Both the position numbers and the translations under genes were made by a program. Of a stretch of DNA of 64,000 nt, positions 19,044-30,573 are shown piece after piece (the stretch's first letter is position 1; each line of letters opens with the position of its first letter). The notes beneath the pieces were generated by a model. The model searched no databases. It saw nothing but the letters and a program-made list of their open reading frames with translations, and was not told the origin of the DNA. This DNA comes from an uncultured delta proteobacterium (GTDB lineage Bacteria; Desulfobacterota; Desulfobacteria; Desulfobacterales; QNYZ01). Location of the stretch: NCBI GenBank assembly GCA_963845145.1, contig CAWJQU010000005.1, forward strand, positions 608,001 to 672,000, written 5' to 3'.

Positions 19044-21550
19044 ATGAGCGAACGATTGCGACAACATATTCTACCGCTTGTTAATCAGCCGAGCCAGTAT
19101 CTGGGCGATGAAATCAACCGGATCAAGAAGGATCTCCACGCGGTGGATCTTCGTGTGGCCTTGGCCTTTCCCGATATGTACGAAATCGGCACATCCCATT
19201 TCGGTATGCAAATTTTATACGACCGGCTAAATGCCCGCGACGATATTGCTGCTGAACGGGTGTTTACGCCGGATATTGACATGCAAGCCCTCCTTAAATC
19301 CGCTAAATTACCATTGATGTCCCTGGAATCCGAATGGCCCCTGGACCGCTTTGATATCATTGGATTCAGCCTTTTGTACGAACTTAATTATACCAATATT
19401 ATAGCCATGCTCGATTTGGCCAGCATTCCATTTTTTCATACCGAACGAAGCGACGCCCACCCCATCATCATCGCCGGTGGACCATGTACGGCAAATCCGG
19501 AACCGGTGGCCGAATTTTTCGATGCCATGGTTGTGGGTGACGGAGAAGAGACGATGCCGGCTATGGCCGACAGCTGGCTGACATGGAAAAAAAATAGGCA
19601 TCGGGATAAAAAAGACCTCTTGCGTCGTTGGCAGCAAATCGAAGGTGTGTATATCCCCTCATTTTTTAATGTAACCTATAGCGATGAAAGACTTTCTCTG
19701 GTCACCCCGCAGAACCCTGAATTTCCAAATGTCCGGCGTGCGGTGTTGCCCGATTTAAATGATGCGCCATTTCCGGCTTCGCCGGTGGTCCCTTTCGGTC
19801 GCCCGGTACATGACCGCTTGCGAATGGAAATCTCACGGGGTTGTACGCGGGGGTGTCGGTTTTGTCAGGCGGGGATGTTCTATCGCCCCGTCCGTGACCG
19901 GTCTCCGGAAACGGTTCTCTCTTTGACCGATCTTGGGCTTGAGACAACCGGCTACGATGAGATCTCCCTTTTGTCTTTGTCCACTGGAGATTACGGTTGT
20001 ATTGCCCCGCTTTTGAAGCAGCTTATGACAAGGCATGCCGACGACCATCGTGCTGTCTCCTTTCCCTCTTTACGCGCCGATACGCTGACAGAAGATCTGG
20101 TTCGCCTTATTAAAAAGGTGCGCAAAACCGGTTTTACCATCGCCCCTGAAGCGGGCAGCCAACGGCTGCGGGATATGATTAACAAGGATATCACCCAGGC
20201 AGATATCGAAAAAACCGTCCGGATGGTATTTGACCATGGCTGGGAAGTCATTAAACTTTACTTTATGATCGGACTGCCCACGGAAACCGAGGAGGATCTG
20301 GTTGCCATCGTCGATCTGGTTAAGCATCTGGGGAAAATTCGTCCTGCCAAAGGGCGCCGCCGTCCCAGGACTTAACGTCAGTGTGACAACCTTTATCCCT
20401 AAGGCCCATACGCCCTTTCAATGGTGCCCCCAAATTTCTTTGGCGGAATCCAGGCGGAAAATAGAATGGCTTAGGCAGCAACTTAAGTCTCCCAGGGTCC
20501 GTTTCAAATGGCAAAGGCCCGAAGTGAGTCTGGTGGAAGGAATCTTTTCCCGGGGCGACCGCCGCCTATCCCGGCTGCTGGTGGCGGCTTACCATAGACG
20601 GTTGCCGGTTTGACGGGTGGAGCGATCATTTCAATTTCGAAAAATGGATGGAAGCGTTAATGGATGTTGGCTTGGATGCCGATTTTTTCACCACCCGAAC
20701 GCGACCTCTCAATGAACCGTTGCCATGGGATCACATCGATGTCCGGGTTTCGAGGTCTTTTTTAGAAAATGAATGGGAAAAGGCCCTGGAAGGTCGAACC
20801 ACATCGGATTGCCGAAATGGTGAATGCCATCAATGCGGAACATGCGATTTTGAAACGATTGCGCCGAAGGTTTACACGGCGTTTCGGGAAAAAGAACCCG
20901 AACCTGTTGAACGATTAAAAACACCGGATATCCGTTATAAAAAAGTTTCTTTGGACTATGCCAAGACCGATGACGCCCGCTATTTTGGTCACCTGGAGAT
21001 GGTCAATGTTTTTGCACGGGCCTTTCGCCGAGCCCACATTCCACTTAAGTTCACCCAGGGGTTTCATCCCAAACCGAAGCTGGCATTTGCCGACCCCCTC
21101 CCTATCGGTATGGAAAGCCTGAGAGAGTCCCTCGCTATTGAGATTCCCGAAAAAACAAACCTGAAGACGGTAATCGATCAGCTCAATAGGCAACTGCCGG
21201 CCGGGCTGGTAATGATTGAGCCTTCGTCCCCGGATAGTGCCAAGCCATCCGCCAGGCCGGATATCATTTGCTACCAGGTTCTTCTGAAAGGGGGCCGTTT
21301 TGACGCAGGCAGACAGCAGGCCTTTTTGGAAAAATCAATCTGGATTCATGAAAAAAAGACGGCCAAAGGTAAAGTGGTTCGATTGGATGCCAAGCAGATT
21401 GTTGAAAAAATCACGCTGTCCACAGACAAACAGATGACGATCTGTTTGCGCAAAAAAACGGGGCAGTCATTGCGGCCGGCGGAATTGCTAAAAAGTATTT
21501 TTTATCTTGATGATGACGATATCAAACAAGCGAGAATCGTAAAACAATAG
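19044..21550 (+). CDS. TIGR03960-type radical SAM protein fused to a TIGR03936-type radical-SAM-linked domain; frameshifted near 20370 and 20610
   Basis: FPDMYEIGTSH; RGCTRGCRFC; TIAPEAGSQRLR; KLYFMIGLP; FIPKAHTPFQW; LPWDHID; RYFGHLE..FTQGFHPKPK. Spread over three overlapping frames. Confidence 0.85.
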
Positions 21551-21558
21551 GACAGCGC

Positions 21559-23124
21559 ATGATTCGAAAATTAATTATCAACGAAACCAACCATGAGACC
21601 CGCGTCGCTCTACTCGAAGACGGCACCATTGCCGAAGTGTTTTACGAGCGCCACGATAATAAAGAGATCACGGGAAATATTTACAAGGGCCGGGTTCAAC
21701 GCGTTCTGCCTGGGATGCAGGCCGCATTTATCGACATCGGTCTGGATCAGGCGGCGTTTATACATGTCAACGATGTGGTTCGAAACAGTGATCCGATTTT
21801 TGAAGCCTATTTTTCGGATGAGTTTTCCAAAGTGGCCGCTACCGCCGACGATGGGGGCCAGGATCATATCGATCGCACCGATGAACGGCTGGTCTCCTTG
21901 TCAGAACCGGAGACGCGCCCTATTGAAGAACTGCTCGTCGAAGGCCAGGAGTTGATGGTCCAGGTGGCTAAATCGCCTTTGGGGTCCAAGGGGGCGCGGG
22001 TCACCACCTACATCTCCCTACCCGGACGTTTTCTGGTCCTGATGCCGTATTCCGATCATATCGGTGTTTCACGCCGCATCGAAAAAGAGGTGGAGCGGGA
22101 TCGCCTCAAGCAAATCGTTCAATCCCTAAGAAAAAACGGTACCGGATATATTGTACGCACGGCCGGGGAAGGCATCCCCGCCGAGAAATTGGCCGATGAA
22201 ATGGGTTTTTTGCACAAATTGTGGGAGGCCATTCAAAATAAAAACCACGCCATGTCCGCCACCAACCTAATGCATAAGGAGTTGACCGTCAGCCTTCGAG
22301 CCGTTCGGGACCTGTTGACGAACGAAGCGGAAAAAGTGGTGACTGATTCTCATGACGTCTACGAGGATGTCTTGTCGTTTTTAGACACGTACATGCCGGC
22401 CTTAAAAGATTCGGTGAGGCTTTACGATGTACCTGAACCCATTTTTGACGCCTACAACCTGGAATGGGATATCTCCCGCGCCCTGAAACGCAAGGTCTGG
22501 TTAAAATCCGGAGGGTATATTGTGATCGACCAGACCGAAGCCCTTTGCGCGATCGATGTTAACACCGGTCGATATGTGGGGACCCATAACCAGGATGAGA
22601 CGATTTTAAAAACCAACCTGGAGGCCGTTAAAGAGATTGCCTACCAGGTCCGCTTGCGAGATATCGGCGGCATCATCATTATCGATTTTATCGACATGAT
22701 TAAAAAAGCCCATCAGGAAAAAGTGTCCGATGCCTTGCTCGAAGCATTAATGAAAGATCGCAGCCGAACGCACGTGCTGCCCATTTCCGAGTTGGGATTG
22801 GTTCAGATGACACGCAAGCGGGTCCGGCAGCCCTTGCACCAGATACTATGTGAACCTTGCTTTTATTGCGACGGCCAGGGAACCTTAATGTCGCGGCGAT
22901 CGATTTGTTACAATATTTATCGGGAAATGCTCAGGCAATCTCGTGATCTAATGGGTGATCGGCTGACCTTGCGGGTCAATCCTGAAATTGCCGATCTGTT
23001 TTACGGTAAAGAGCAGCGATTGGTGGAAAACCTGGAAAAAGAGTTCGGCCGCCAAATCGTCATCTACCCCAACCCTACTTATCACCTGGAACAGTTTGAT
23101 GTTCTGGAGGTATTAAGCCAATAG
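21559..23124 (+). CDS. rng: Ribonuclease G (Rne/Rng family)
   Basis: GNIYKGRVQRVLPGMQAAF S1 domain; IDVNTG; GGIIIIDFIDM; CFYCDG zinc link; about 520 aa with no long C-terminal scaffold. Confidence 0.92.
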   Translation: MIRKLIINETNHETRVALLEDGTIAEVFYERHDNKEITGNIYKGRVQRVLPGMQAAFIDIGLDQAAFIHVNDVVRNSDPIFEAYFSDEFSKVAATADDGGQDHIDRTDERLVSLSEPETRPIEELLVEGQELMVQVAKSPLGSKGARVTTYISLPGRFLVLMPYSDHIGVSRRIEKEVERDRLKQIVQSLRKNGTGYIVRTAGEGIPAEKLADEMGFLHKLWEAIQNKNHAMSATNLMHKELTVSLRAVRDLLTNEAEKVVTDSHDVYEDVLSFLDTYMPALKDSVRLYDVPEPIFDAYNLEWDISRALKRKVWLKSGGYIVIDQTEALCAIDVNTGRYVGTHNQDETILKTNLEAVKEIAYQVRLRDIGGIIIIDFIDMIKKAHQEKVSDALLEALMKDRSRTHVLPISELGLVQMTRKRVRQPLHQILCEPCFYCDGQGTLMSRRSICYNIYREMLRQSRDLMGDRLTLRVNPEIADLFYGKEQRLVENLEKEFGRQIVIYPNPTYHLEQFDVLEVLSQ

Positions 23125-23147
23125 ATCGATAGGGACACGGGCATCCA

Positions 23148-23444
23148 TTATTCTTTATGTTTTAACCCGTGGGCCTTTTTGAAAGCGTGCCACTCGTCAT
23201 GATCGACCCCCCCATCCCCGTTGGGGTCCAGCGCTTTAAAAACTTGGGGATCCGCATTCGGAAAAAACGCTTTAAACTCCTCCCAATTTACCAACGCATT
23301 GCTGTCCGTATCCATGTCACCAAAATGCGCATTAAACGATTCAGGATCCGGCAGAGCGGATTTGTGAAATTTTTGGCTGGGCGAGCATCCAATACCCAAT
23401 GTGATCAAGATAATGAAAATCGGTAATAGAGCGATTCGGTTCAT
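23148..23444 (-). CDS. EF-hand lipoprotein
   Basis: Lipobox LGIGC; EF-hand loops DTDSNALVNWEEF and DPNGDGGVDHDEW. Confidence 0.8.
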   Translation of the reverse strand: MNRIALLPIFIILITLGIGCSPSQKFHKSALPDPESFNAHFGDMDTDSNALVNWEEFKAFFPNADPQVFKALDPNGDGGVDHDEWHAFKKAHGLKHKE

Positions 23445-23757
23445 GGTTCCCCCGTCTTTTCAGTGTGAGCGCCTCTTGATGCCAGGCGAATGAAATAATA
23501 GGTCTATAGTAATTCGACTTAATCTGCAGTCAAGCCTGAGAATGGATGGTCGGTCATGAAACAAGTGGAGAGGAATTGGCTAAAACAACCGACGTTATGC
23601 TTTGAGAAATAAAATACATAATCAGCATAAGATTATTACCTTTATTCCACAATCGCTTTCATCTGCAAGAATAAGGCTTGATTAATAAAAAACATAACTA
23701 TCTGTAAATATTATCTTTAAACGACTATTTTATGAGATTATCGATTGACGACCGGCC

Positions 23758-23773
23758 TGGCATCCTTCTTGCT
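23758..23773 (+). promoter_or_regulatory. Sigma-54 (-24/-12) promoter
   Basis: TGGCATCCTTCTTGCT with canonical GG-N10-GC spacing; AT-rich upstream region with TGTAAA at 23703. Confidence 0.7.
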
Positions 23774-23846
23774 TTATTATTGAAACAATAAACAGCTTTG
23801 GCTTGGAAACTCTACACTGGACACTGGATCAAGAAGGAGCAAAAAA

Positions 23847-24011
23847 ATGAAACAATTGGGTCTATTAATCGCATTAGTCGCCACTTTAGCCACCGGATAT
23901 GCATTGGCATCTCCCGTACCCGAATCGCTTGCAACGCTTGTCTTTGGCGTCGGCCTGGTCAGTTTGGCCACGGTTGGCCGGAGAACCATCAGAAAGACGG
24001 AGACAAGGTAG
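23847..24011 (+). CDS. 54-aa protein: signal peptide + PEP-CTERM-like sorting domain (not in the ORF track)
   Basis: MKQLGLLIALVATLATGYALA-SPVPESLATLVFGVGLVSLATVGRRTIRKTETR*. AAGGAG RBS; own promoter and terminator. Confidence 0.75.
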   Translation: MKQLGLLIALVATLATGYALASPVPESLATLVFGVGLVSLATVGRRTIRKTETR

Positions 24012-24047
24012 TCGCTTATATCCATAATTGACATTTGCAGCCACTTT

Positions 24048-24082
24048 GAGGTCGATCCGTATCGGATCGGCCTCTTTTCTTT
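24048..24082 (+). terminator. Intrinsic terminator
   Basis: gaggtcgatccg-tat-cggatcggcctc stem followed by ttttcttt. Confidence 0.75.
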
Positions 24083-24368
24083 ATTACCTTTATTTCTCTC
24101 ACACACTATTCACCTAAATATACTGTTAAATCCCGATTTTTAAAAAGGGACCGGGCCTTATCCCACCATATATGGGAAACCCCTATCACAGTTAACCTTA
24201 ACCGATTTTTTCGTTAACCGCATTTCTCCTAGCGTAGAACGGATACATCTCTCAGGCATTTAACGTAAGTATTCGACCGGTTGTTCGACGGATAAAGAAA
24301 ACCTTTTTCATCATCAAGGTCTCAAACTTAGCGAAAGTTCCACACTAGTCGTCTGCGGGGGAAAACCG

Positions 24369-25132
24369 ATGCACGCAAACAGATGGGTATTAATAGGCAT
24401 TGTTTTGGCATTGATAAGTGGTACAGTGATAACCAAGGGGCTGGCTTATAATACTTTAAATCGTGATATTTATTCAGAATTATTGAAAAAATTCGTTGAC
24501 AACGGAAAAGTTGATTACAAGGGATTAAAAAAGGAAGAGGCCGATTTGGATACCTACCTCAACCACCTGGCCCAAATCAACCCTAAGATGTTGTCAGTCG
24601 ATGCGCAATTTGCGTTTTATGCCAATGCGTATAATGCCTGGACCATCAAGTTGATTTTAAGCGGCTATCCCGGCATAAAGTCCATCAAGGATCTGGGAAG
24701 CCTGCTGAAAAGCCCGTGGAAGAAAAAGATCGCTCGGATTGATGGTGGGCTTATGACGCTGGATCAAATTGAGCATGATATCCTGCGGCCTCGATTTAAA
24801 GATCCCCGAGTTCATTTTGCCATCAATTGTGCCGCCAGGAGTTGTCCGCCGCTGTCGGATCGAACCGTTCAGTGGCTGAAAAATTGAATCAGCAGTTGGA
24901 TCAATTGACGCGGGCATTTCGTCAATGATCCGCACAAACAACTATCTCAAAGGCAACATGTTCCACGTGAGTTCGATATTTAAATGGTTTAAAAGCGATT
25001 TCAAGGATGGTATCGTTAATTTTTTCCTCAAATATGCCGAAGGTGACTTGAAAACCGACTTAAGGCCGACTCAATGACAAGGTTAAAGTCAAGTATCTTG
25101 ATTATGACTGGTCCTTAAACGGGCAAAAATAA
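24369..25132 (+). CDS. DUF547 domain secreted protein (frameshifted)
   Basis: VDYKGL; AFYANAYNAWT; DPRVHFAINCAARSCPPL. C-terminal SSIFKWFKSDF and YLDYDWSLN lie in other frames. Confidence 0.8.
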
Positions 25133-25183
25133 AATCCCAAGCGTATATAAAAGCGGGCGTATTATGAAAGGAGGGGTTCAAAA

Positions 25184-26095
25184 ATGAAACTGGCGATGAT
25201 CGGATTGGGACGGATGGGAATGAATATGGCCAGAAGGTCTGATGCAGGGCGGGCACCAGGTGGTGGCTTATAACCGGACGCCACAAAAAACCGATGAATT
25301 GGCCCAAGAAGGGGCCATCGCGACTTATTCCTTGTCCGATGTTGTTGAAAAACTTGCCCGCCTCGGGTCATCTGGCTCATGCTTCCGGCCGGCGAAGATT
25401 GTGGATGATCATATCGATCAATTAAAAGCCCTTCTGTCCCCGGAAGATATCGTTATCGACGGCGGCAATACCTATTACAAGGATGATCTCCGCCGGGCCA
25501 AGGTCTTGGCCGATGCCGATATAAAGTATATTGATGCCGGAGTGAGCGGTGGCATTTGGGGGCTGAAGGTCGGCTACTGCACGATGGTGGGCGGAGATAA
25601 AACCGACCTTTGAATTTCTCGAGCCGATATTTAAAACCCTGGCGCCACCGAATGGCTATCTTTATTGTGGCCCCACCGGTGCCGGCCATTTCGTCAAAAT
25701 GGTTCATAACGGCATCGAATACGCCATGATGCAGGCCTATGGAGAGGGATTCGAAATTCTGGAGGCTTCCGATTATGCGAAGGATTTCGATTATGCCAGG
25801 ATCTCCAACCTGTGGAACCAGGGCAGTGTCATCCGTTCCTGGTTGCTGGAACTGATGGCCGATGCCTTTGCAGAAAGACCCCCGCCTTTCTGATATCACG
25901 GGTTATGTGGAAGATTCCGGTGAAGGGCGTTGGACGGTTCAGCAGGCCATGGACACCAACGTGCCGGCCCAGGTGATTACCCTGTCGCTGTTGCAACGCT
26001 TTCGGTCTCGTCAGGAAAATACGTTTACCGACCGGGTTCTGGCCGCATTGCGCCGGGAGTTCGGCGGGCATGCGGTGGAATCTTCAGACAAATAG
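25184..26095 (+). CDS. gnd: 6-phosphogluconate dehydrogenase, decarboxylating (short type); several frameshifts
   Basis: MKLAMIGLGRMG; IDGGN; DAGVSGG; GAGHFVKMVHNGIEY; SVIRSWLL; DSGEGRWT; RREFGGHAV. Confidence 0.88.
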
Positions 26096-26171
26096 ATTTA
26101 TCAAGTGGAGATAGCCAGGTTACGAATCTTTGACGACCCATGAATTTCTTATACGTGCCGGGGAGCAAAAG

Positions 26172-27756
26172 ATGGAAAAAACAGCGGGTGATGAACGAAA
26201 CATCTCTGCGGTTGCTCCTGAAACCCAGGAACCCTTTACGATGAGTGCTCGCTTACCGAACCCCTTGACCCGTGCACTATCGTCATTTTTGGCGCCACGG
26301 GCGATTTGACGGCGCGCAAGCTGATTCCGGCCTTATTTAATTTATACTGCCACCACGGATTGCCCAAACGTTTTGTCATTGTCGGATGCGGCCGAACCCA
26401 ACTGACCGACCAGGAGTTTCGCAATAAACTGGAAAAGTCGCTGTCACCTTCTGATCCAGCTGCCGGCAGAGACGTGGCGAGATTTTGCCGGGCATCTATT
26501 TTATCGCGCCATCAATTATGACGATCGATCTTCGTACAAACAATTGGCGGAAAACACTGCAAATTCTGGACGAACAAAATCAAACTGGTGGAAACCGGAT
26601 TTTTTATCTGGCCCTGCCCCCATCGCTTTATCAGCCGGTGACACGTCAAATCGGTCAGGCCGGTCTTGCCAAGAAAATGCCGATGGCGGCGGTTGGGCGC
26701 GCCTGGTGGTTGAAAAGCCGTTTGGCCGGGATCTCGAAACCGCCGTTGAATTGAACCACAGGATGTCACACGCATATTTAAAGAACATCAGATCTTTCGA
26801 ATCGACCATTACCTGGCCAAGGAAACCGTTCAGAATGTGTTGATGTTTCGATTTGCCAATGCGATCTTTGAGCCGATCTGGAACCGGCAGCTATATCGAA
26901 TAGGTCAGTATCAGCGCCCTGGAAACCCTGGGCGTGGAACATCGCGCCGGCTATTATGAACAGGCCGGGGTGTTGAGAGACATGTTCCAAAACCACATGA
27001 TGCAGCTTTTGGCCCTCATCGCCATGGAGCCGCCCTCACGATTCATGGCCGAACAGGTGCAGGGATGAACGAATAAAGGTGTTTCGATCCCTGCGCCCGT
27101 TTTCAACCGGATAGTGGCCGATCACCTGGTTCTGGGCCAGTACAAAGCGGGAGCATAAATCCGGAAAAAAGTTCGAGCCTATCGCAAAGAAACCGGTGTG
27201 GATCTGCATCGCTGACCCCTACCTTTGCCCGGATGAAGGTTTTTTTGGATAACTGGCGCTGGCAGGGCGTGCCCTTTTACCTGACCTCAGGAAAGCGGCT
27301 GGCTAAAAAAATCACCGAAATTTCCATTCAATTTAAAGATGTCCCCCATTCCATGTTCAGACGGGTTCTCGGTGAAACCATAGGGGCCAATCGGATCACC
27401 CTCGGCATCTATCCGGATGAAAAGATCACTTTGACGTTTCAGACCAAGCAGCCGGGGCCAAGGTGTGCTTGCGGCCCGTGACAATGAATTTCGACTACCA
27501 GCAGAACGACGCCGGGCCGGTTTTGGAAGCATATGAAAAAGTTCTGCTGGACTGCATCCTTGGTGATCATATGCTGTTTTGGCGGCAGGATGGCATTGAG
27601 CGGTGCTGGTGGTTTCTAACACCGATTTTGGCGGCTTGTGAGCGATGCGAGGACCGGGGCCGACAATTTCATTTTTATCCCGCCGGCGGATTGGGACCGA
27701 GGGAAGCTGCAAAAATAGGACCCAGGGAGAATCATGATGTCATCCAAGCAAGATAA
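26172..27756 (+). CDS. zwf: Glucose-6-phosphate 1-dehydrogenase; many frameshifts
   Basis: [75 protein letters not shown]. Confidence 0.88.
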
Positions 27757-28438
27757 TTCGGCGAACAAGCCCCGACAGGCCACCGCTAAAGCTGTTATAT
27801 TGCTCTTGTTTATCATAGCGGTCATCTGCTTGGTTCGGTTTACACCTGTGAAAAATTATTTGACCGCCGAATCTTTGGGTCGCTTTCTGGATACGGTCGG
27901 ATTCTGGGCGCCCTTTCTCTTTATGCTGATTTATGCGGTTGGGGTCTGTCTCTTTTTACCGGGAACCCTGCTCACTGGCCTAGGGGCGGCCATTTTTGGC
28001 CCGTATTGGGGTTTTTTATATGTCTGGATCGGCGCCATGGCGGGCGCCAGCGCCGCGTTTGTCATCGGTCGCACCCTGGGAAGAGCGTTCGCTGCTTCGC
28101 TCATCGGTGATAAGCTAAAAAAGTATGACGATGCCATCGAGCGCAACGGCTTTGCCACGGTTTTATATTTACGGCTGGTCTATTTTCCGTTTACGCCCAT
28201 GAATTTCGGTATGGGCCTAACCAAAGTTCGTTTTTGGGATTATTTCACCGGAACGGCGCTTGGTATTATCGTGGGAACATTTATTTTCACCTTTTTTATT
28301 GGAACCATAAAAGAGGTGTGGGCGTCCGGCAACTGGGGAGAGCTGATCTCCTTTAAAGTTTTCTTTTCCATCGGCCTGTTTATTTTTTCATTTTTTATCC
28401 CTAAAATTATTAAAAAATTCAAACGCGACGATAAATAG
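27734..28438 (+). CDS. TVP38/TMEM64 (VTT/DedA superfamily) membrane protein
   Basis: LPGTLLT..GAAIFG; GASAAFVIGRTLG; LRLVYFPF..NFGMGLT. Confidence 0.85.
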   Translation: MMSSKQDNSANKPRQATAKAVILLLFIIAVICLVRFTPVKNYLTAESLGRFLDTVGFWAPFLFMLIYAVGVCLFLPGTLLTGLGAAIFGPYWGFLYVWIGAMAGASAAFVIGRTLGRAFAASLIGDKLKKYDDAIERNGFATVLYLRLVYFPFTPMNFGMGLTKVRFWDYFTGTALGIIVGTFIFTFFIGTIKEVWASGNWGELISFKVFFSIGLFIFSFFIPKIIKKFKRDDK

Positions 28439-28455
28439 ATAAGGAGTGTAAGATC

Positions 28456-30225
28456 ATGGGTTCCGATCATTTGGACTTACGACCGGTTAAGGCGGACCTG
28501 GACAAGTTACAACCCAAGTTACAAACATTGGTGCTTGATGCCCTGTCCCGAATGGCTGAGAAAAAGATCATTCAGCGGATAAGAAACCATGACCATACCG
28601 TTTGGAAACCGGACCCGACCGATATTGCGAACCGGCTGGGATGGCTGACCATTCCTCAAAAAATGATGGGCTCCGTCGAAGAGATCAGCGCCCTGGTCGA
28701 CGAAGTAAGGCATGAAGGTTTCACCCATGCGCTGCTCATGGGCATGGGGGGTTCGAGCCTGGCACCCGAGGTGTTTCGGATGACGTTCGGTGTAAAAAAA
28801 GGATACCTGGATCTAGCCGTTCTGGATAGTACCGACCCCCGCGCCGTGGGTGCCGCCGCTCAGCACCTCAATCCATCCAAAACATTGCACATTGTCTCCA
28901 CCAAATCCGGTGGGACAGTGGAAACCCTGTCGTTTTTGAAATACTTTTACAATAAAACCGTTGCCGCGGTCGGTGCCGAAAAGGCCGGTGCACAGTTTAT
29001 CGCCATCACCGACCCGGGCAGCCGGCTGGAGGCCCTGGGACGGGACCTTGCTTTTCGAAAGATTTTTCTTAACGATCCTGAAATCGGGGGGCGCTACTCG
29101 GCCTTATCCTATTTTGGGTTGGTGCCCGCCGCGCTTGTCGGGGTCAACCTTAAGACCTTGCTCGACCGTGCCGTTTCCATGGCTACCTCAGACGGGGAGG
29201 CCGGACTTCACCTGGGCGCGTTGATGGGTGAACTGGCTATAGCCGGAAAGGACAAACTGACCTTGATCCTGTCCTCTGGAATAACCTCTCTGGGCTCCTG
29301 GATCGAACAACTGGTTGCGGAAAGCACGGGCAAGGAGGGTAAGGGCATTCTGCCCGTGGATGGTGAAGCATTGCTTTCTCCAGACGCCTATGGCAAAGAC
29401 CGGCTCTTTGTTTATTTGCGCCTCAAAGGCGATACGCTGCATGATGTGCATGTTGACAACCTGAAAATGGCCGGCCATCCCGTGGTGACGATTGAGCTGA
29501 ATGATGAATTTGATCTAGGCGGAGAGTTTTATCGTTGGGAAATGGCCACGGCCGTGGCCGGACATCGAATGGGGATCAATCCTTTTGATCAGCCCAACGT
29601 GGAGTCGGCCAAGGTCTCGGCACGAAAAATGCTCGCAACGTACCAGGAAACAGGACAATTACCCAAACTGGATTTCGATCGGAGCGAGGATGGCCTGGCA
29701 GTGGTTACGAGTATCGTCGCCGATACCATTGAAGCGATATTTCACCAGTTTCTCGGCCGGGCCCGAAAAATTTCCGACCATAGCCTGCTGCCCTATGTCG
29801 CCATTCAGGCCTATCTACCGCCTTCAGCCGACACCGACAAGGCGCTTTTTAAGCTTAGGTCTCAAATACAGTCCCAGCTAGCTTGTGCCACAACAGTGGG
29901 GTATGGTCCCCGGTTTTTGCATTCCACCGGCCAGCTTCACAAAGGGGACGGCGGACGAGGTTTGTTTATTCAATTGACCGACGAATTGCCCACCGCGTCA
30001 ACCGGTCGCTCAAGGACGGATTCATTGATGGATATCGCGATTCCGGACGCACCGGGTGAAAACACATCCGTCATTACTTTCGGCACGTTGTTGGCCGCCC
30101 AGGCCCTGGGGGATCGTCAAGCGCTGCTGGATGCCGGGCGTCGGGTTATCCGTGTTCATTTGGGTCAAGATGTGCGAACCGGTCTGGATCGCCTGACGCG
30201 TATGGTGGCGGCAATGAACACCTGA
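28456..30225 (+). CDS. pgi: Glucose-6-phosphate isomerase (type related to the Pgi half of Tal-Pgi fusions)
   Basis: NRLGWL; GMGGSSLAPE; STKSGGTVET; IGGRYSALS; EQLVAESTGK; NPFDQPNVESAK; GPRFLHSTGQLHKG. Confidence 0.88.
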   Translation: MGSDHLDLRPVKADLDKLQPKLQTLVLDALSRMAEKKIIQRIRNHDHTVWKPDPTDIANRLGWLTIPQKMMGSVEEISALVDEVRHEGFTHALLMGMGGSSLAPEVFRMTFGVKKGYLDLAVLDSTDPRAVGAAAQHLNPSKTLHIVSTKSGGTVETLSFLKYFYNKTVAAVGAEKAGAQFIAITDPGSRLEALGRDLAFRKIFLNDPEIGGRYSALSYFGLVPAALVGVNLKTLLDRAVSMATSDGEAGLHLGALMGELAIAGKDKLTLILSSGITSLGSWIEQLVAESTGKEGKGILPVDGEALLSPDAYGKDRLFVYLRLKGDTLHDVHVDNLKMAGHPVVTIELNDEFDLGGEFYRWEMATAVAGHRMGINPFDQPNVESAKVSARKMLATYQETGQLPKLDFDRSEDGLAVVTSIVADTIEAIFHQFLGRARKISDHSLLPYVAIQAYLPPSADTDKALFKLRSQIQSQLACATTVGYGPRFLHSTGQLHKGDGGRGLFIQLTDELPTASTGRSRTDSLMDIAIPDAPGENTSVITFGTLLAAQALGDRQALLDAGRRVIRVHLGQDVRTGLDRLTRMVAAMNT

Positions 30226-30357
30226 TCGCCTAAAACGGCCGGTAACCAGGCTTGGCAAATCTTCAATTTAATGCCAATTTGTGATAATAACCATTGTGAT
30301 AATAATTATAGGGATAGATTGATCGAATTCATCAGATAAACCGCATACAGGAGAAAC

Positions 30358-30567
30358 ATGATGGCGGAAGAAATAAAATACGAATGCCTTAAGTGTGGCA
30401 TCATTAAAACAGTTGCGGACGACTCCCTGCCGGTCCCCCAATGTTGCGGCCGTCCGATGTGCAAAGAGGAAGCCCTCGATGTTTGTGAGGCCAGCTTTAG
30501 TGCCGAGGATTCTCGAATGGATAATATTGGCGAACCTTGCGATGATGGACGCTCAGGGAAAATATAG
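30358..30567 (+). CDS. Small Cys-rich protein with a desulforedoxin-like metal site
   Basis: YECLKCG..PQCCGRPM, then C-terminal EPCDDGR. AGGAG RBS. Confidence 0.65.
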   Translation: MMAEEIKYECLKCGIIKTVADDSLPVPQCCGRPMCKEEALDVCEASFSAEDSRMDNIGEPCDDGRSGKI

Positions 30568-30573
30568 CCCAAC

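Noticed and set aside
23777..24106. ORF-track calls 23777-24106 (-) and 23798-24031 (+)
   Set aside because: Shadow frames; the 23847-24011 frame has the RBS, signal peptide, promoter and terminator.
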